Origin: Nitrospinota bacterium
Lineage (GTDB): Bacteria; Nitrospinota; Nitrospinia; Nitrospinales; VA-1
Direction: 5' to 3'
Assembly (NCBI GenBank): GCA_009873635.1
Contig: WAHY01000003.1
Location: 141,678 to 205,677 of the forward strand
DNA: 64,000 nt
Shown here: piece by piece, positions 55,352-64,000 of the stretch
Layout of the letters: each line of letters begins with the position of its first letter
Numbering within the stretch: the stretch's first letter is position 1
The notes under the pieces: generated by a model
Database searches by the model: none
What the model was told of the DNA's origin: nothing
What the model saw: the letters and a program-made list of their open reading frames with translations, nothing else
Program-made: the position numbers and the translations under genes

Positions 55352-56737
55352 TTAATGCGCTACAGGGAGTTCGGAAAGTTTCTTTTTGGCTTCTTCATTG
55401 AAAGGGTCGATTTCCAGAATGGTTTTCAATTCCTTTTCCGCTTCCGGGAAGCGTTGGCTTTTTTTATGGATCTCGTAAAGTTTCCAATGCATGGAAAGGA
55501 AGTCGACACCCTGTTTCTGTGAAAGCTCGAACACTTCCAGGGCTTCGTTCAAACGATTGAGCGCGAACAGGGCATTGCCCAGATTGAAATTGGCAATGGC
55601 AAACTCCGGGTCCAGACTCAGAGCTTTCTTTAACAAAGGGATTGCTTCTTCGGCATGGCCTTGTTTGTTCAGAGCGGCTCCCAGATTGGAAAGCGCCTGG
55701 ATAAAATTAGGATAAACCTGAACAGCTTTTTTAAATATTTTCACGGCTTCATCTAGCTTACCTTTGCGAAAATAATATCCACCAAGATTTGATAAGGCTT
55801 CAGGAAAGTCAGGACTTAATTCAATGGTTTTTTCATATTGGGCAATGGCTTTTTCAGCCATCCCCAGGTCTCTGTACGCAACGGCGAGGTCGTAATGGGC
55901 CAGAATAAAATCTGGGTCCTTTGCCAGTATTTTTTCAAACTCGGTGATGGCCTTGTTGGGATCCCCCAGGCCGTATAAAAAATAATTTCCCCGGTAATAC
56001 ATGGCGTTCAGGGAAGTCCTGTCTTCATTGAATAGATCGTGGAGTGAAAAAGAAGTTTTTGTGTCTAAAAACTCCTTAACGGTATTAATGGGAAGGGCAA
56101 GGTTGATAGATCTGCCTTCCACTGTGGCTAATCCTATAACCTGATTGGATTCATTGACGACGGGTCCTCCGCTGAACCCTGGGCCAAATGCAGTGGTGGT
56201 ATAAATAAAGGGTATTTGGGGGTCAGACTGAGGATGTATCCCAAGAACAAAACCATAAGTCTGTGCAATCTGACCCTCTATCTTATCTTTCTGCTCGGTC
56301 ACCTCGGCGGAGAGATAGCCCAGTGCACTGGTATAGTCATAGGGCTTCAGGGATGAGGAGTTGCCAATTTCCAATGTAGAATAAAAACCTTCCGTTAGTT
56401 TTAAGATGGCAAAATCTTTGGCCCTGTCCACCTTGAACACACCTGTTATTTTGGAACGGGACCCATTGGGGAAATGAACTTCAATGCTGTACGCGTCTAC
56501 CAGAACATGGTAATTGGTGACAAGGGTTCCTTCGGGCCGTGCCACAAAACCAGACCCGGTTCCAACGGTTTTCCCGGCCTTGTCTTTAGCGATGAGCAAA
56601 GCCACCGCGTTTTTATTGACTTCATAAGAATTTGCCGTCCCTGAAAAGGTCAACAATCCAATGATGAAAATAAATAGTGTGGTCTGAGTTAAACGTTTGC
56701 TCATGGTATATAATTTCGGCCTGAAATACCGCTCCAA
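55352..56737 (-). CDS. Trypsin-like (S1/S1C) serine protease fused to TPR repeats, exported
   Basis: 461-codon ORF. Signal/anchor. 'GSGFVARPEGTLVTNYHV' (His), 'GFSGGPVVN' (Ser). The C-terminal half is TPR ('AHYDLAVAYRDLGMAEKAIAQYEKTIELSPDF', and others). Confidence 0.8.
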   Translation of the reverse strand: MERYFRPKLYTMSKRLTQTTLFIFIIGLLTFSGTANSYEVNKNAVALLIAKDKAGKTVGTGSGFVARPEGTLVTNYHVLVDAYSIEVHFPNGSRSKITGVFKVDRAKDFAILKLTEGFYSTLEIGNSSSLKPYDYTSALGYLSAEVTEQKDKIEGQIAQTYGFVLGIHPQSDPQIPFIYTTTAFGPGFSGGPVVNESNQVIGLATVEGRSINLALPINTVKEFLDTKTSFSLHDLFNEDRTSLNAMYYRGNYFLYGLGDPNKAITEFEKILAKDPDFILAHYDLAVAYRDLGMAEKAIAQYEKTIELSPDFPEALSNLGGYYFRKGKLDEAVKIFKKAVQVYPNFIQALSNLGAALNKQGHAEEAIPLLKKALSLDPEFAIANFNLGNALFALNRLNEALEVFELSQKQGVDFLSMHWKLYEIHKKSQRFPEAEKELKTILEIDPFNEEAKKKLSELPVAH

Positions 56738-56882
56738 AAGAAGTAAGAGTTATCGTGATTAATACATTTTATAAACTGGAAGGGTTGATTACAACTGAAT
56801 TTAAGATAAATCAACTAAAAGGGGAGGTTGAACTATAAACCCGGGCCGACTTGAAGAGTACGGCCCGGACCTATAGAGTTTT

Positions 56883-57290
56883 CTACTTAACGGTAACGGT
56901 TACCGTAGCCGTCAAAGGTGGATTATAAGGTACATGATTACCCTTAGCGAACAGGGTGCGGATGATGTGTTTTCCGGCAGAGAGCTTTATCTCTTTACAG
57001 GTGGAACCATCTCCCATATGGATGTGGTTTGCGTCTTTTCCAATCGGCTGGCTCAGATCTTTTGGCAGATCGACATCAACGATAATATGATGATGGCCTT
57101 TGCCTTCATTGACCCCTTTTTTTGCAGGTTGAACTTCAACCCCTTCAGTAGCCATGCAAACCTTTACAGGGCTTGAAACCACGGCACCATTTGGCGGATC
57201 GGTGATGGTCACAGCGTTTCCAGCAAAAGCGCTGGTCGCGGTAAAAAGGATAATTAATAATGTAAAAAGCTTTGGGTGAATAGTTTTCAT
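56883..57290 (-). CDS. DUF4399 domain protein, exported
   Basis: 135-codon ORF with a signal peptide. 'GKGHHHIIVD' and 'GKHIIRTLFAKGNHVPY' match the DUF4399 pattern. Confidence 0.7.
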   Translation of the reverse strand: MKTIHPKLFTLLIILFTATSAFAGNAVTITDPPNGAVVSSPVKVCMATEGVEVQPAKKGVNEGKGHHHIIVDVDLPKDLSQPIGKDANHIHMGDGSTCKEIKLSAGKHIIRTLFAKGNHVPYNPPLTATVTVTVK

Positions 57291-57542
57291 TTTTCCTGAT
57301 TTCCTTAAAAGATGGTTGGTTTTTTTTGATGATTTGGTACCTAAAAAGGCATCTCAGATTTAGATATAAAAAATTTGGGAAAGTTTCAGAAAATTTTGCT
57401 CAAGGCAGGTATTGGTGGATTATGCCCTATTTCCCTTGACATCGGTATCCGAGTTACATAGTCTTTAACATTCAGTTTCATTTTCCCAGGGGCCGTCAGA
57501 AAAAGAACGTGTGCCCGATTCTATGTTTTTTAGGAGGTTTAG

Positions 57543-58430
57543 ATGGTAGTTACCGGAGAATGTCGACTCCTTCACACTTGTGAAATGTGTGAGTTTAATA
57601 ATGAGACCGACTGCAAAGCTGACAAAAATGAGCATAACCGCTGGTTAGTTAACAAGCGGATGAATGAGATAAAGCACAAGATTATTGTTGGCAGTAATAA
57701 AGGAGGAGTCGGGAAAAGTACTGTAACCACCAACCTCGCTATTGCTCTGGCCGAAAAAGGCTTTTCTGTTGGGTTGGCAGACGCCGACCTTCATGGACCT
57801 AATATCCCAAAATTATTGCGTGCTGAAAATGTCAGATTGAAAGCCACAGATGTAGGCATTGATCCTTACGAAACTAAAAATGGACTGAAAGTGGCTTCGT
57901 TGGGGTTTCTAATAGAAGACCCCAATATGCATATAGCCTGGAGAGATGCTGTCAAATATGACTTTATTATTGAGTTGCTGGGGAATATAAACTGGGGGCC
58001 ATTGGATTATATTCTGTTTGACCTTCCTCCCGGAACCGGGAACGAACAAATCACTATTATCGACTTTATCGGTGAGGTGGATGGAGCTGTAGTGGTCACA
58101 ACTCCTCAGGATCTGGCAATTCTGGATGCTCGAAAAATGATTTCTTTTGCCCGCGACAGTAATGTTCCCATTGTGGGGGTAATTGAAAATATGAGCACGA
58201 TGTCCTGCCCGCATTGTAATGAAAAAATTGATGTGTTCAAAAAGGGCGGTGGAAAAAAATTGGCAGAAGAACTGGTTTTACCCTATCTTGGTAGTATTCC
58301 GTTAGATGGAAATATTGTTGCTAATTCTGATAGTGGAGACCCTGTTGTTTTATCTCACCCGGATTCTGATGCCACAAAAGCCTTTTTGGAACTCGCTGGT
58401 AATGTCCACAAGTTTCTCAACCCCGAGTAG
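57543..58430 (+). CDS. Mrp/NBP35/ApbC-family Fe-S cluster carrier ATPase
   Basis: 295-codon ORF with strong SD 'AGGAGG'. Deviant Walker A 'GSNKGGVGKSTVTTNLA'. 'MSCPHC' CxxC motif. Cys-rich N-terminal extension. Confidence 0.9.
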   Translation: MVVTGECRLLHTCEMCEFNNETDCKADKNEHNRWLVNKRMNEIKHKIIVGSNKGGVGKSTVTTNLAIALAEKGFSVGLADADLHGPNIPKLLRAENVRLKATDVGIDPYETKNGLKVASLGFLIEDPNMHIAWRDAVKYDFIIELLGNINWGPLDYILFDLPPGTGNEQITIIDFIGEVDGAVVVTTPQDLAILDARKMISFARDSNVPIVGVIENMSTMSCPHCNEKIDVFKKGGGKKLAEELVLPYLGSIPLDGNIVANSDSGDPVVLSHPDSDATKAFLELAGNVHKFLNPE

Positions 58431-58646
58431 TACAAAAAATTATAATGGACCAAACCTGTTTTTAAAGTGTAGAAGTTCATAATGGTTTTTCTGTAGATCT
58501 GGGGCAGATAGCGTTTTCTGGTGCGAACTAATGAATTGCGTTTTATATCAGGGTTGAGAGATAATAGTATTAGAAGGACGTGATTCCCATGTCGAAGCTT
58601 TCCATGACAATATGGTTAGAACATTCCTTTCTATCATAAAGTTCAT

Positions 58647-59732
58647 ATGTGTTCTTGCTTTCCTGGTAAATTGATGTTTAAGAAGATACTCATAGTTTCC
58701 TTTTTATTTTTTCTTGCTGGTACTAACCAGATCTATGCCGATACAGAAGGGAAACCTTTTTTTTCAAATAATCCGATAGCGGCAGAAGTTGATGGAGAGC
58801 CTATCTATCTGGATGACCTCAAGCACATCCGTATACAGGAAGCCCTCAAACAACTGCATGAAATGCAGACCCGTGCCTTAAAAGAAAAGATCCTCGATAA
58901 ACTTGCAGAAAAGCACCCTGATTCATTTACTAAACAACCCCCAAAGGTTACGCCTGCTGAAATAAAACAGTTTTACGACAGCAATCCTGGTATCAAAGAG
59001 ATTGGCAACCTCGCCCAGGTAAGTGGTGAAATTCGGGATTATCTGGAAAAAAGCTTCCACCAGGTTCATGTCGAGCGGCAATATCAGAATGCCGTTCAAC
59101 AAGGGTGGGTTAAAGTTTATTTAAAACCCCCTAATGATTTTCATTTGGTTGCAGGGGTGGGCACTGCCATGATGTGGGCGAACGAAAATGATTCTTCTAC
59201 CAGACGGGTATTTGTCCTGGAGTATTCTGATTTTCAATGTCCGTTTTGCAAAAGGGTGCAAAATACTTTGGCAAAAGTAAGGGAAAAATATTCCAGCGAA
59301 GTTCAATTCGGGTACCGTCATTTTCCACTTCCCTTTCATAAGGAAGCGCATGGATTGGCGCAAGCAGTTGAATGTGCCAGGGACCAAAATAAATTCTGGG
59401 AACTTCAGAGCCTTTTCTATAGAAAAATCACAAATCCTGCGGACAACAATGAAATTTTAGGCCTGGTCAGGCTTGCAGGAATTGAAAATATGAAGGAATT
59501 CGAACGGTGCTGGAAAAATGAAAAATATGCGGAGCGTGTTAAGAAAGACATCCGCGACGGGGTTGACCTTGGAATACAAGGAACTCCAACTTTTATTCTG
59601 GGTACCTACGACCCTGATTCCAGGACAATTTCTGGGGAAATGTTTTCTGGCGCTGTATCTGAAGAGAAATTTGTTCACGTTATAGAAAAATATCTTGCCT
59701 CTTCCCGAACCGAAGCAAAATTAAACAAGTAA
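58647..59732 (+). CDS. DsbA-family thiol:disulfide oxidoreductase with an N-terminal chaperone-like extension
   Basis: 361-codon ORF (an alternative start at 58674 gives signal peptide 'MFKKILIVSFLFFLAGTNQIYA'). Thioredoxin-fold active site 'SDFQCPFCKR'. 'GIQGTPTFILG'. Confidence 0.8.
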   Translation: MCSCFPGKLMFKKILIVSFLFFLAGTNQIYADTEGKPFFSNNPIAAEVDGEPIYLDDLKHIRIQEALKQLHEMQTRALKEKILDKLAEKHPDSFTKQPPKVTPAEIKQFYDSNPGIKEIGNLAQVSGEIRDYLEKSFHQVHVERQYQNAVQQGWVKVYLKPPNDFHLVAGVGTAMMWANENDSSTRRVFVLEYSDFQCPFCKRVQNTLAKVREKYSSEVQFGYRHFPLPFHKEAHGLAQAVECARDQNKFWELQSLFYRKITNPADNNEILGLVRLAGIENMKEFERCWKNEKYAERVKKDIRDGVDLGIQGTPTFILGTYDPDSRTISGEMFSGAVSEEKFVHVIEKYLASSRTEAKLNK

Positions 59733-59742
59733 TACCCTGACC

Positions 59743-60255
59743 ATGATCAGAATATGTGTTTTTATTCTGGCGTTTGTTCCAACTTCAGTTTTTGCTGAAC
59801 CTTTTTCTTTCCCCAGTTCAGAGCTTCCAGTTGGTCCAAGAGTCAAACTAAGTGCATTGGTCGACAGGGATTTCGCTTACCCAGGTGACCATTTCAAGCT
59901 GTACCTGTCAGTCCAGATTGAAGAAGGCTGGCATATTTATTCGTTACAACCGATGCAAGGTAATGAATTGCTGGCAACCCGAATCAAACTTGAAGATAAT
60001 TTTTTTGCAAGCAAGAAACACTGGCATGAATCTCCAACACACCTGATTCGAGATGATGCGCAGCAAAAAATGGTCAAGGGGCATATCAACACCGCCGAAT
60101 TTAACAAAAGCTTTCGAGTTCCCCAGGGTTTTGATCCGGGGAATTATTTGATTAAAGGAGTATTGGTGTACAAGGCCTGCGATAACACTCTTTGCACTCT
60201 CCCCAAAAGCCTTCCTTTCTCAAGTCGAGTTCAAATTCGCAAAAGAGACACTTGA
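59743..60255 (+). CDS. DsbD N-terminal-domain-like (thiol:disulfide interchange) exported protein
   Basis: 170-codon ORF with a signal peptide. 'GDHFKLYLSVQIEEGWHIYS' and 'VYKACDNTLCTLP' resemble the DsbD-alpha/DsbC-like domain. Confidence 0.55.
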   Translation: MIRICVFILAFVPTSVFAEPFSFPSSELPVGPRVKLSALVDRDFAYPGDHFKLYLSVQIEEGWHIYSLQPMQGNELLATRIKLEDNFFASKKHWHESPTHLIRDDAQQKMVKGHINTAEFNKSFRVPQGFDPGNYLIKGVLVYKACDNTLCTLPKSLPFSSRVQIRKRDT

Positions 60256-60410
60256 AAATATCACGGGCATGAGCAACTTTTTGTTTTCTTTTCCTTCGTT
60301 GGGATAAAATAAGTTAGAATTTATATAAAAGATATAATGCAAGACACTTTGGCTGAAAATAAGCTTCTTGTTGAATTATCATTTTTTATTGACCTGGGCC
60401 TTTTCTAAAA

Positions 60411-63041
60411 GTGCAAATCATAACAACACATTTGAATGCGGATTTTGATTGTCTGGCTTCTATGATGGCGGCAAAAAAACTGTATCCTGATGCGCATCTC
60501 GTCCTTCCCGGTTCAGCTGAAAGTCTGGTTGAAGAATTTCTGAAGGAAGATCGCCCTCGTCTTGAATTCACAAGAATTAAGGACATCCCTTTGAATCAGG
60601 TGAAACTATTGGTGATTGTCGACACGCATATGCCTGAGAGAATAGGTGTTTTTGCTGATTTAATGCATAGCCCGGAAGTAGAGGTCCATGTTTATGATCA
60701 CCACTCAGACCCAAAGCATGAAGTGAATGTCAATCAGGCAGTTATAAAAAAAAGAGGAGCAACCACTACTATTTTGCATGAAATTTTGCTTGCTAAAGAT
60801 ATACCTCTGACACCGGAAGAATGTACCCTGATGACTCTGGGTATTTATCAGGATACTCATTCACTGGTTACAGTTTCGACCACACCAGAAGATTTGATTG
60901 CTGCCGGAGAACTGGTTAAACGCGGCGCGGAATTGAGCCGGGTTTCCAGTTTTATGCGGCAAAAACTAAATTCTGAACAACTTGAAATTTTCAATGAACT
61001 GGTGTCCAGCCTGGAAACGCACATGATCAATGGAATAGAGGTTGCCCTCGTTTTCGCTTCTTCGGATCATTTTGTCAGGGACCTGGCATATGTGGTCCAG
61101 AATGTTGTCGACATGGAAAATCTGGCAGCGGTTTTTGCTCTGGTTCGACTGGATAAAAGAATCTATTTGATAGCGCGAAGCAGTATTGCAGAATTAAATG
61201 TTGCTGAGCTGGCACAGGTCTTCGGAGGGGGTGGGCATGGGAGCGCTGCATCGGCCACTATCAAAGAACTCACTCTTCAACAAGTGAAAGAAAAGTTGCT
61301 TGGCGAACTTGAACGCCTTGTTCAGCCCTTGAGCCGTGTAGGAGACATCATGCATTCGCCGGCAATTTCTGTGGATATGAAAGATACCATTGAGAGTGTT
61401 GAGAAAAAATTGACCCAGTATAACTTGAACACGCTTCCAGTTTTGAAGGCTGGGCAGCCGGTAGGGTTGATCACCCGTCAGATAGTAGAAAAAGCTATCT
61501 ATCATGACATGGATAAGGATATTACCGAGAACTTGATGATAAGCCGTTTTGCGGTTGCATCTCCTGATGATTATTTCAAGTCACTGATTCCTATAGTGAT
61601 TGAAGAGAAACAGAAGCTCATACCCGTCGTCGATGCTGATAATCGTTTGATAGGCGTTATCAGCCGGGGAGACCTTCTCCGCGTTTTGCATAATGACATG
61701 CTGCAACAGGAGGACTCTTCAAAGGTTATGTTTCTGGGTAAGTCTGGGGCTCCTAAAAACCTCAAGAGCCTGGTCAAGGAGAGGTTGGATAAGGATGTGT
61801 TCAAGCACCTTGAAGGCATTGCCAAAATTGGTGATCGTTTGAATTTTTCTGTTTATGCGGTTGGGGGTTTTGTCCGGGACCTGTTTTTAAACATTCCTAA
61901 TCAGGACATTGACATTGTCGTAGAGGGTGACGGAATTCACTTTGCCTCCTGCCTTGCTAAAGAACAGGGAGGCAGGGTAAAGTCTCACGAAAAATTCGGG
62001 ACATCGGTAGTGATTTTTCCTGATGGTTATCGAATAGATGTAGCCACCGCGCGCATGGAATATTATGAGCATCCCGGAGCTTTGCCCACAGTTGAAAAAA
62101 GCTCTATAAAGTCTGACCTTTTTCGGCGCGACTTCACTATAAACAGTATGGCTGTGAAATTGACCGGCTCTAATGCTTTTTGCCTGATTGACTTTTTTAA
62201 TGGGGAAAGGGATTTGCGAAGCAGGGAAATTCATGTCCTCCACAGTTTAAGTTTTATTGAAGACCCTTGCAGACTTTTCAGGGCAATAAGGTTTGAACAG
62301 AGGTTTGGTTTTTCGATGGGCAAGCAGGCAGAGGCGTTTATGGGGAACACCATCAAAAAGAGGCTGGTCGATTCTTTAAGTGGAATGCGTTTGTTTAATG
62401 AGATCAAACTCTTGCTCAATGAAAAAAAGCCTATGGATTGCGTGCGTAGAATGAGGGAATTTGATCTGTTGCAGTTTGTATCTCCTGAAATGTTGAAATC
62501 GTCGTGTGACCTGGAAGTTCTGGAGAGACTTGAGTCGGTATTCCCCTGGGCAGACAGGGTTATCTTTCCAAAAAAACCAGAAGTATGGTATGTCTATTTT
62601 TTGGGGCTGTTCTATTCCCTGGATGAAGACGCGTTTTTGAAAGCGGCAGATCGTTTGCATTTACCTGCCCGTATGAAAAACTCGCTTCGCGATGACAGGA
62701 TCCGCTGCCGTGAAAGTATGCAAAAACTGGAGTCTATAAAAGAGTGGGGACCGAAAGAGATATACCATACCTTTTCCAGTCTTTCCGTTGAAGCGGTCAT
62801 TTTTTTGATGGCCTTGTCTTCTACAGACCGATTTAACCAGTACGCGAATATTTATTTCACACAATACCAGGGTAAGGCAGAACTATCGCTGACTGGGGAT
62901 GACCTTGTGGAAATGGGCATGGAGCCCGGACCTGTTTTCCAATCGGTGCTCAATGAACTTCGGGAAGCTCGAGTGATGGGTGAGGTCAATTCCCGTGAAG
63001 AAGAGGTTGCCCTGGTTGAAGAACGGTTCCTGAAATCCTGA
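60411..63041 (+). CDS. DHH/DHHA1 - CBS pair - poly(A) polymerase/CCA-adding nucleotidyltransferase fusion protein
   Basis: 876-codon ORF (GTG start). 'ITTHLNADFDCLASM', 'DHH' and 'GGGHGSAAS' (DHH/DHHA1). Two CBS motifs ('GLITRQIVEKAI', 'IGVISRGDLLRVL'). Pol-beta NTase 'YAVGGFVRDLFLNIPNQDIDIVVEGD' and 'RRDFTINSMA'. Confidence 0.85.
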   Translation: MQIITTHLNADFDCLASMMAAKKLYPDAHLVLPGSAESLVEEFLKEDRPRLEFTRIKDIPLNQVKLLVIVDTHMPERIGVFADLMHSPEVEVHVYDHHSDPKHEVNVNQAVIKKRGATTTILHEILLAKDIPLTPEECTLMTLGIYQDTHSLVTVSTTPEDLIAAGELVKRGAELSRVSSFMRQKLNSEQLEIFNELVSSLETHMINGIEVALVFASSDHFVRDLAYVVQNVVDMENLAAVFALVRLDKRIYLIARSSIAELNVAELAQVFGGGGHGSAASATIKELTLQQVKEKLLGELERLVQPLSRVGDIMHSPAISVDMKDTIESVEKKLTQYNLNTLPVLKAGQPVGLITRQIVEKAIYHDMDKDITENLMISRFAVASPDDYFKSLIPIVIEEKQKLIPVVDADNRLIGVISRGDLLRVLHNDMLQQEDSSKVMFLGKSGAPKNLKSLVKERLDKDVFKHLEGIAKIGDRLNFSVYAVGGFVRDLFLNIPNQDIDIVVEGDGIHFASCLAKEQGGRVKSHEKFGTSVVIFPDGYRIDVATARMEYYEHPGALPTVEKSSIKSDLFRRDFTINSMAVKLTGSNAFCLIDFFNGERDLRSREIHVLHSLSFIEDPCRLFRAIRFEQRFGFSMGKQAEAFMGNTIKKRLVDSLSGMRLFNEIKLLLNEKKPMDCVRRMREFDLLQFVSPEMLKSSCDLEVLERLESVFPWADRVIFPKKPEVWYVYFLGLFYSLDEDAFLKAADRLHLPARMKNSLRDDRIRCRESMQKLESIKEWGPKEIYHTFSSLSVEAVIFLMALSSTDRFNQYANIYFTQYQGKAELSLTGDDLVEMGMEPGPVFQSVLNELREARVMGEVNSREEEVALVEERFLKS

Positions 63042-63068
63042 TTAAGTAAATTGTCTGGGCGCGAGAAG

Positions 63069-64000
63069 GTGCAATCTATTAAACATCGGATCGACCAGTT
63101 TTTCCTTTTGTCTCAGAATGGGACAGATATTCCCACTGAAATCAGGGCAGGTGTTGCCACCTTCCTGACCGCATCTTATATAATTTTTGTACAGCCTGCT
63201 GTCCTGTCTGCAACTGGTATGGATTTTGGTGCGGTGATGACAGCGACCTGCCTTTCTGCCGCTTTAGGATGCCTGATAATGGGCTTGTGGGCCAATTATC
63301 CCATAGCCCTGGCTCCTGGCATGGGTATCAATTTCTATTTCACTTATACCGTTGTTATTGGCCAGGGAATTTCCTGGGAGAAAGCTCTGGGAGCTGTCTT
63401 TTGCTCCGGTCTTATTTTGATCGTCCTTACCCTGATGCGAGTTCGTGAACTGATTCTAAACCTGATTCCAGACTTTCTTAAATATGCGATTGCTTCTGGA
63501 ATAGGGCTGTTCATTTTTTTCATTGGTTTTGTTCAGGGTGGTCTGATCGTTAAAGACCCGGGAACCTTGGTAAAGCTGGGCAACCTCAAAAGCCTTCCCG
63601 TTTTATTCACCTTTTTCGGGACTGCCTTGATCGGATTTCTTATGTTCAGGAAAATCAAGGGGGCGATTCTGATAGGCATGTTGCTGCTGACATTTGGGGG
63701 ACTTCCTTTTGGACTGGTGAGTTATCAGGGGATTATTGCGCTGCCGCCTGCTATGGGGCCGACATTTTTGAAAATGGATATTCTCGGCGCGTTAGACCTT
63801 GGGCTTATCACCGTAATCTTTGTCTTTGTTTTTGTTGATTTGTTTGATACGGCGGGAACCCTTGTAGGGGTCAGCCAACAGGCAGGTCTCTTGAAGGAGG
63901 GTAAACTGCCTCGAGCGACCCGGGCATTTTTGCCGGATTCGGTAGCTACCACAGCAGGGGCTGCCATGGGAACCTCTACCGTGGTCTGCTATATCGAAAG
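63069..64000 (+). CDS. NCS2/AzgA-family purine (adenine/guanine/hypoxanthine) permease, 3'-truncated by the window edge
   Basis: Hand-translated from the GTG at 63069 (SD 'GAGAAGG'): 'MQSIKHRIDQFFLLSQNGTDIPTEIRAGVATFLTASYIIFVQPAVL...APGMGINFYFTYTVV'. The frame is open to nt 64000. It is absent from the ORF track because there is no stop in the window. Confidence 0.85.
   Translation, partial: MQSIKHRIDQFFLLSQNGTDIPTEIRAGVATFLTASYIIFVQPAVLSATGMDFGAVMTATCLSAALGCLIMGLWANYPIALAPGMGINFYFTYTVVIGQGISWEKALGAVFCSGLILIVLTLMRVRELILNLIPDFLKYAIASGIGLFIFFIGFVQGGLIVKDPGTLVKLGNLKSLPVLFTFFGTALIGFLMFRKIKGAILIGMLLLTFGGLPFGLVSYQGIIALPPAMGPTFLKMDILGALDLGLITVIFVFVFVDLFDTAGTLVGVSQQAGLLKEGKLPRATRAFLPDSVATTAGAAMGTSTVVCYIE

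Noticed and set aside
1-64000. A scan for CRISPR arrays, tRNA or rRNA genes, transposases, integrases and phage structural genes.
   Set aside because: I saw no regularly spaced direct repeats, no tRNA T-arm consensus (GGTTCGAAT/GTTCAAATC-type) in a cloverleaf context, no rRNA-like segments, and no DDE, tyrosine or serine recombinase motifs in any listed ORF. The scan was by eye only, so small or degenerate elements could have been missed.

Overview
This is a 64-kb stretch of a bacterial chromosome, densely coding on both strands. The lineage cannot be determined from the sequence alone. The gene content suggests a Gram-negative-type, flagellated organism with many TPR-fusion proteins.

Most of the window is housekeeping:
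- gltX and moaA.
- A complete nifU-sufBCDSU Fe-S assembly operon, with an AmmeMemoRadiSam-type radical SAM gene appended.
- recG, a bifunctional rel/spoT, and rpmB.
- flgM with a near-consensus sigma-28 promoter.
- mrp/apbC and DsbA-/DsbD-like genes.
- A DHH-CBS-CCA/poly(A) polymerase fusion.
- Five peptidases (2x M1, M18, M28, S1-TPR).
- A 3'-truncated NCS2 purine permease.

I found no rRNA, tRNA, CRISPR array, transposase or integrase.

The content that is not routine:
1. A cytoplasmic GAF histidine kinase and NarL-type regulator pair sits directly upstream of two tandem, highly similar 146-aa secreted proteins of no family I recognise.
2. A co-directional trio encodes a secreted protein (frameshifted at an A7/T7 run), a radical-SAM/SPL-like protein without the CX3CX2C motif, and an ABC_ATPase-class NTPase.
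3. Two, possibly three, small signalling genes are interrupted by in-frame stop codons: a receiver domain by TAG, a CBS pair by TAA, and possibly a coiled-coil protein by TAG. They lie around a TIR-like/TPR protein.
4. Four Shine-Dalgarno-preceded micro-ORFs for single- or double-pass membrane peptides lie next to a DUF420-like gene.
5. A strongly AT-rich 2.4-kb island holds a bestrophin-like channel gene and orphan ORFs. Close to it, a 22-nt duplication covers the 3' end of the M18 aminopeptidase gene.

All functional calls rest on motifs read by eye from the supplied translations. No database search was run.
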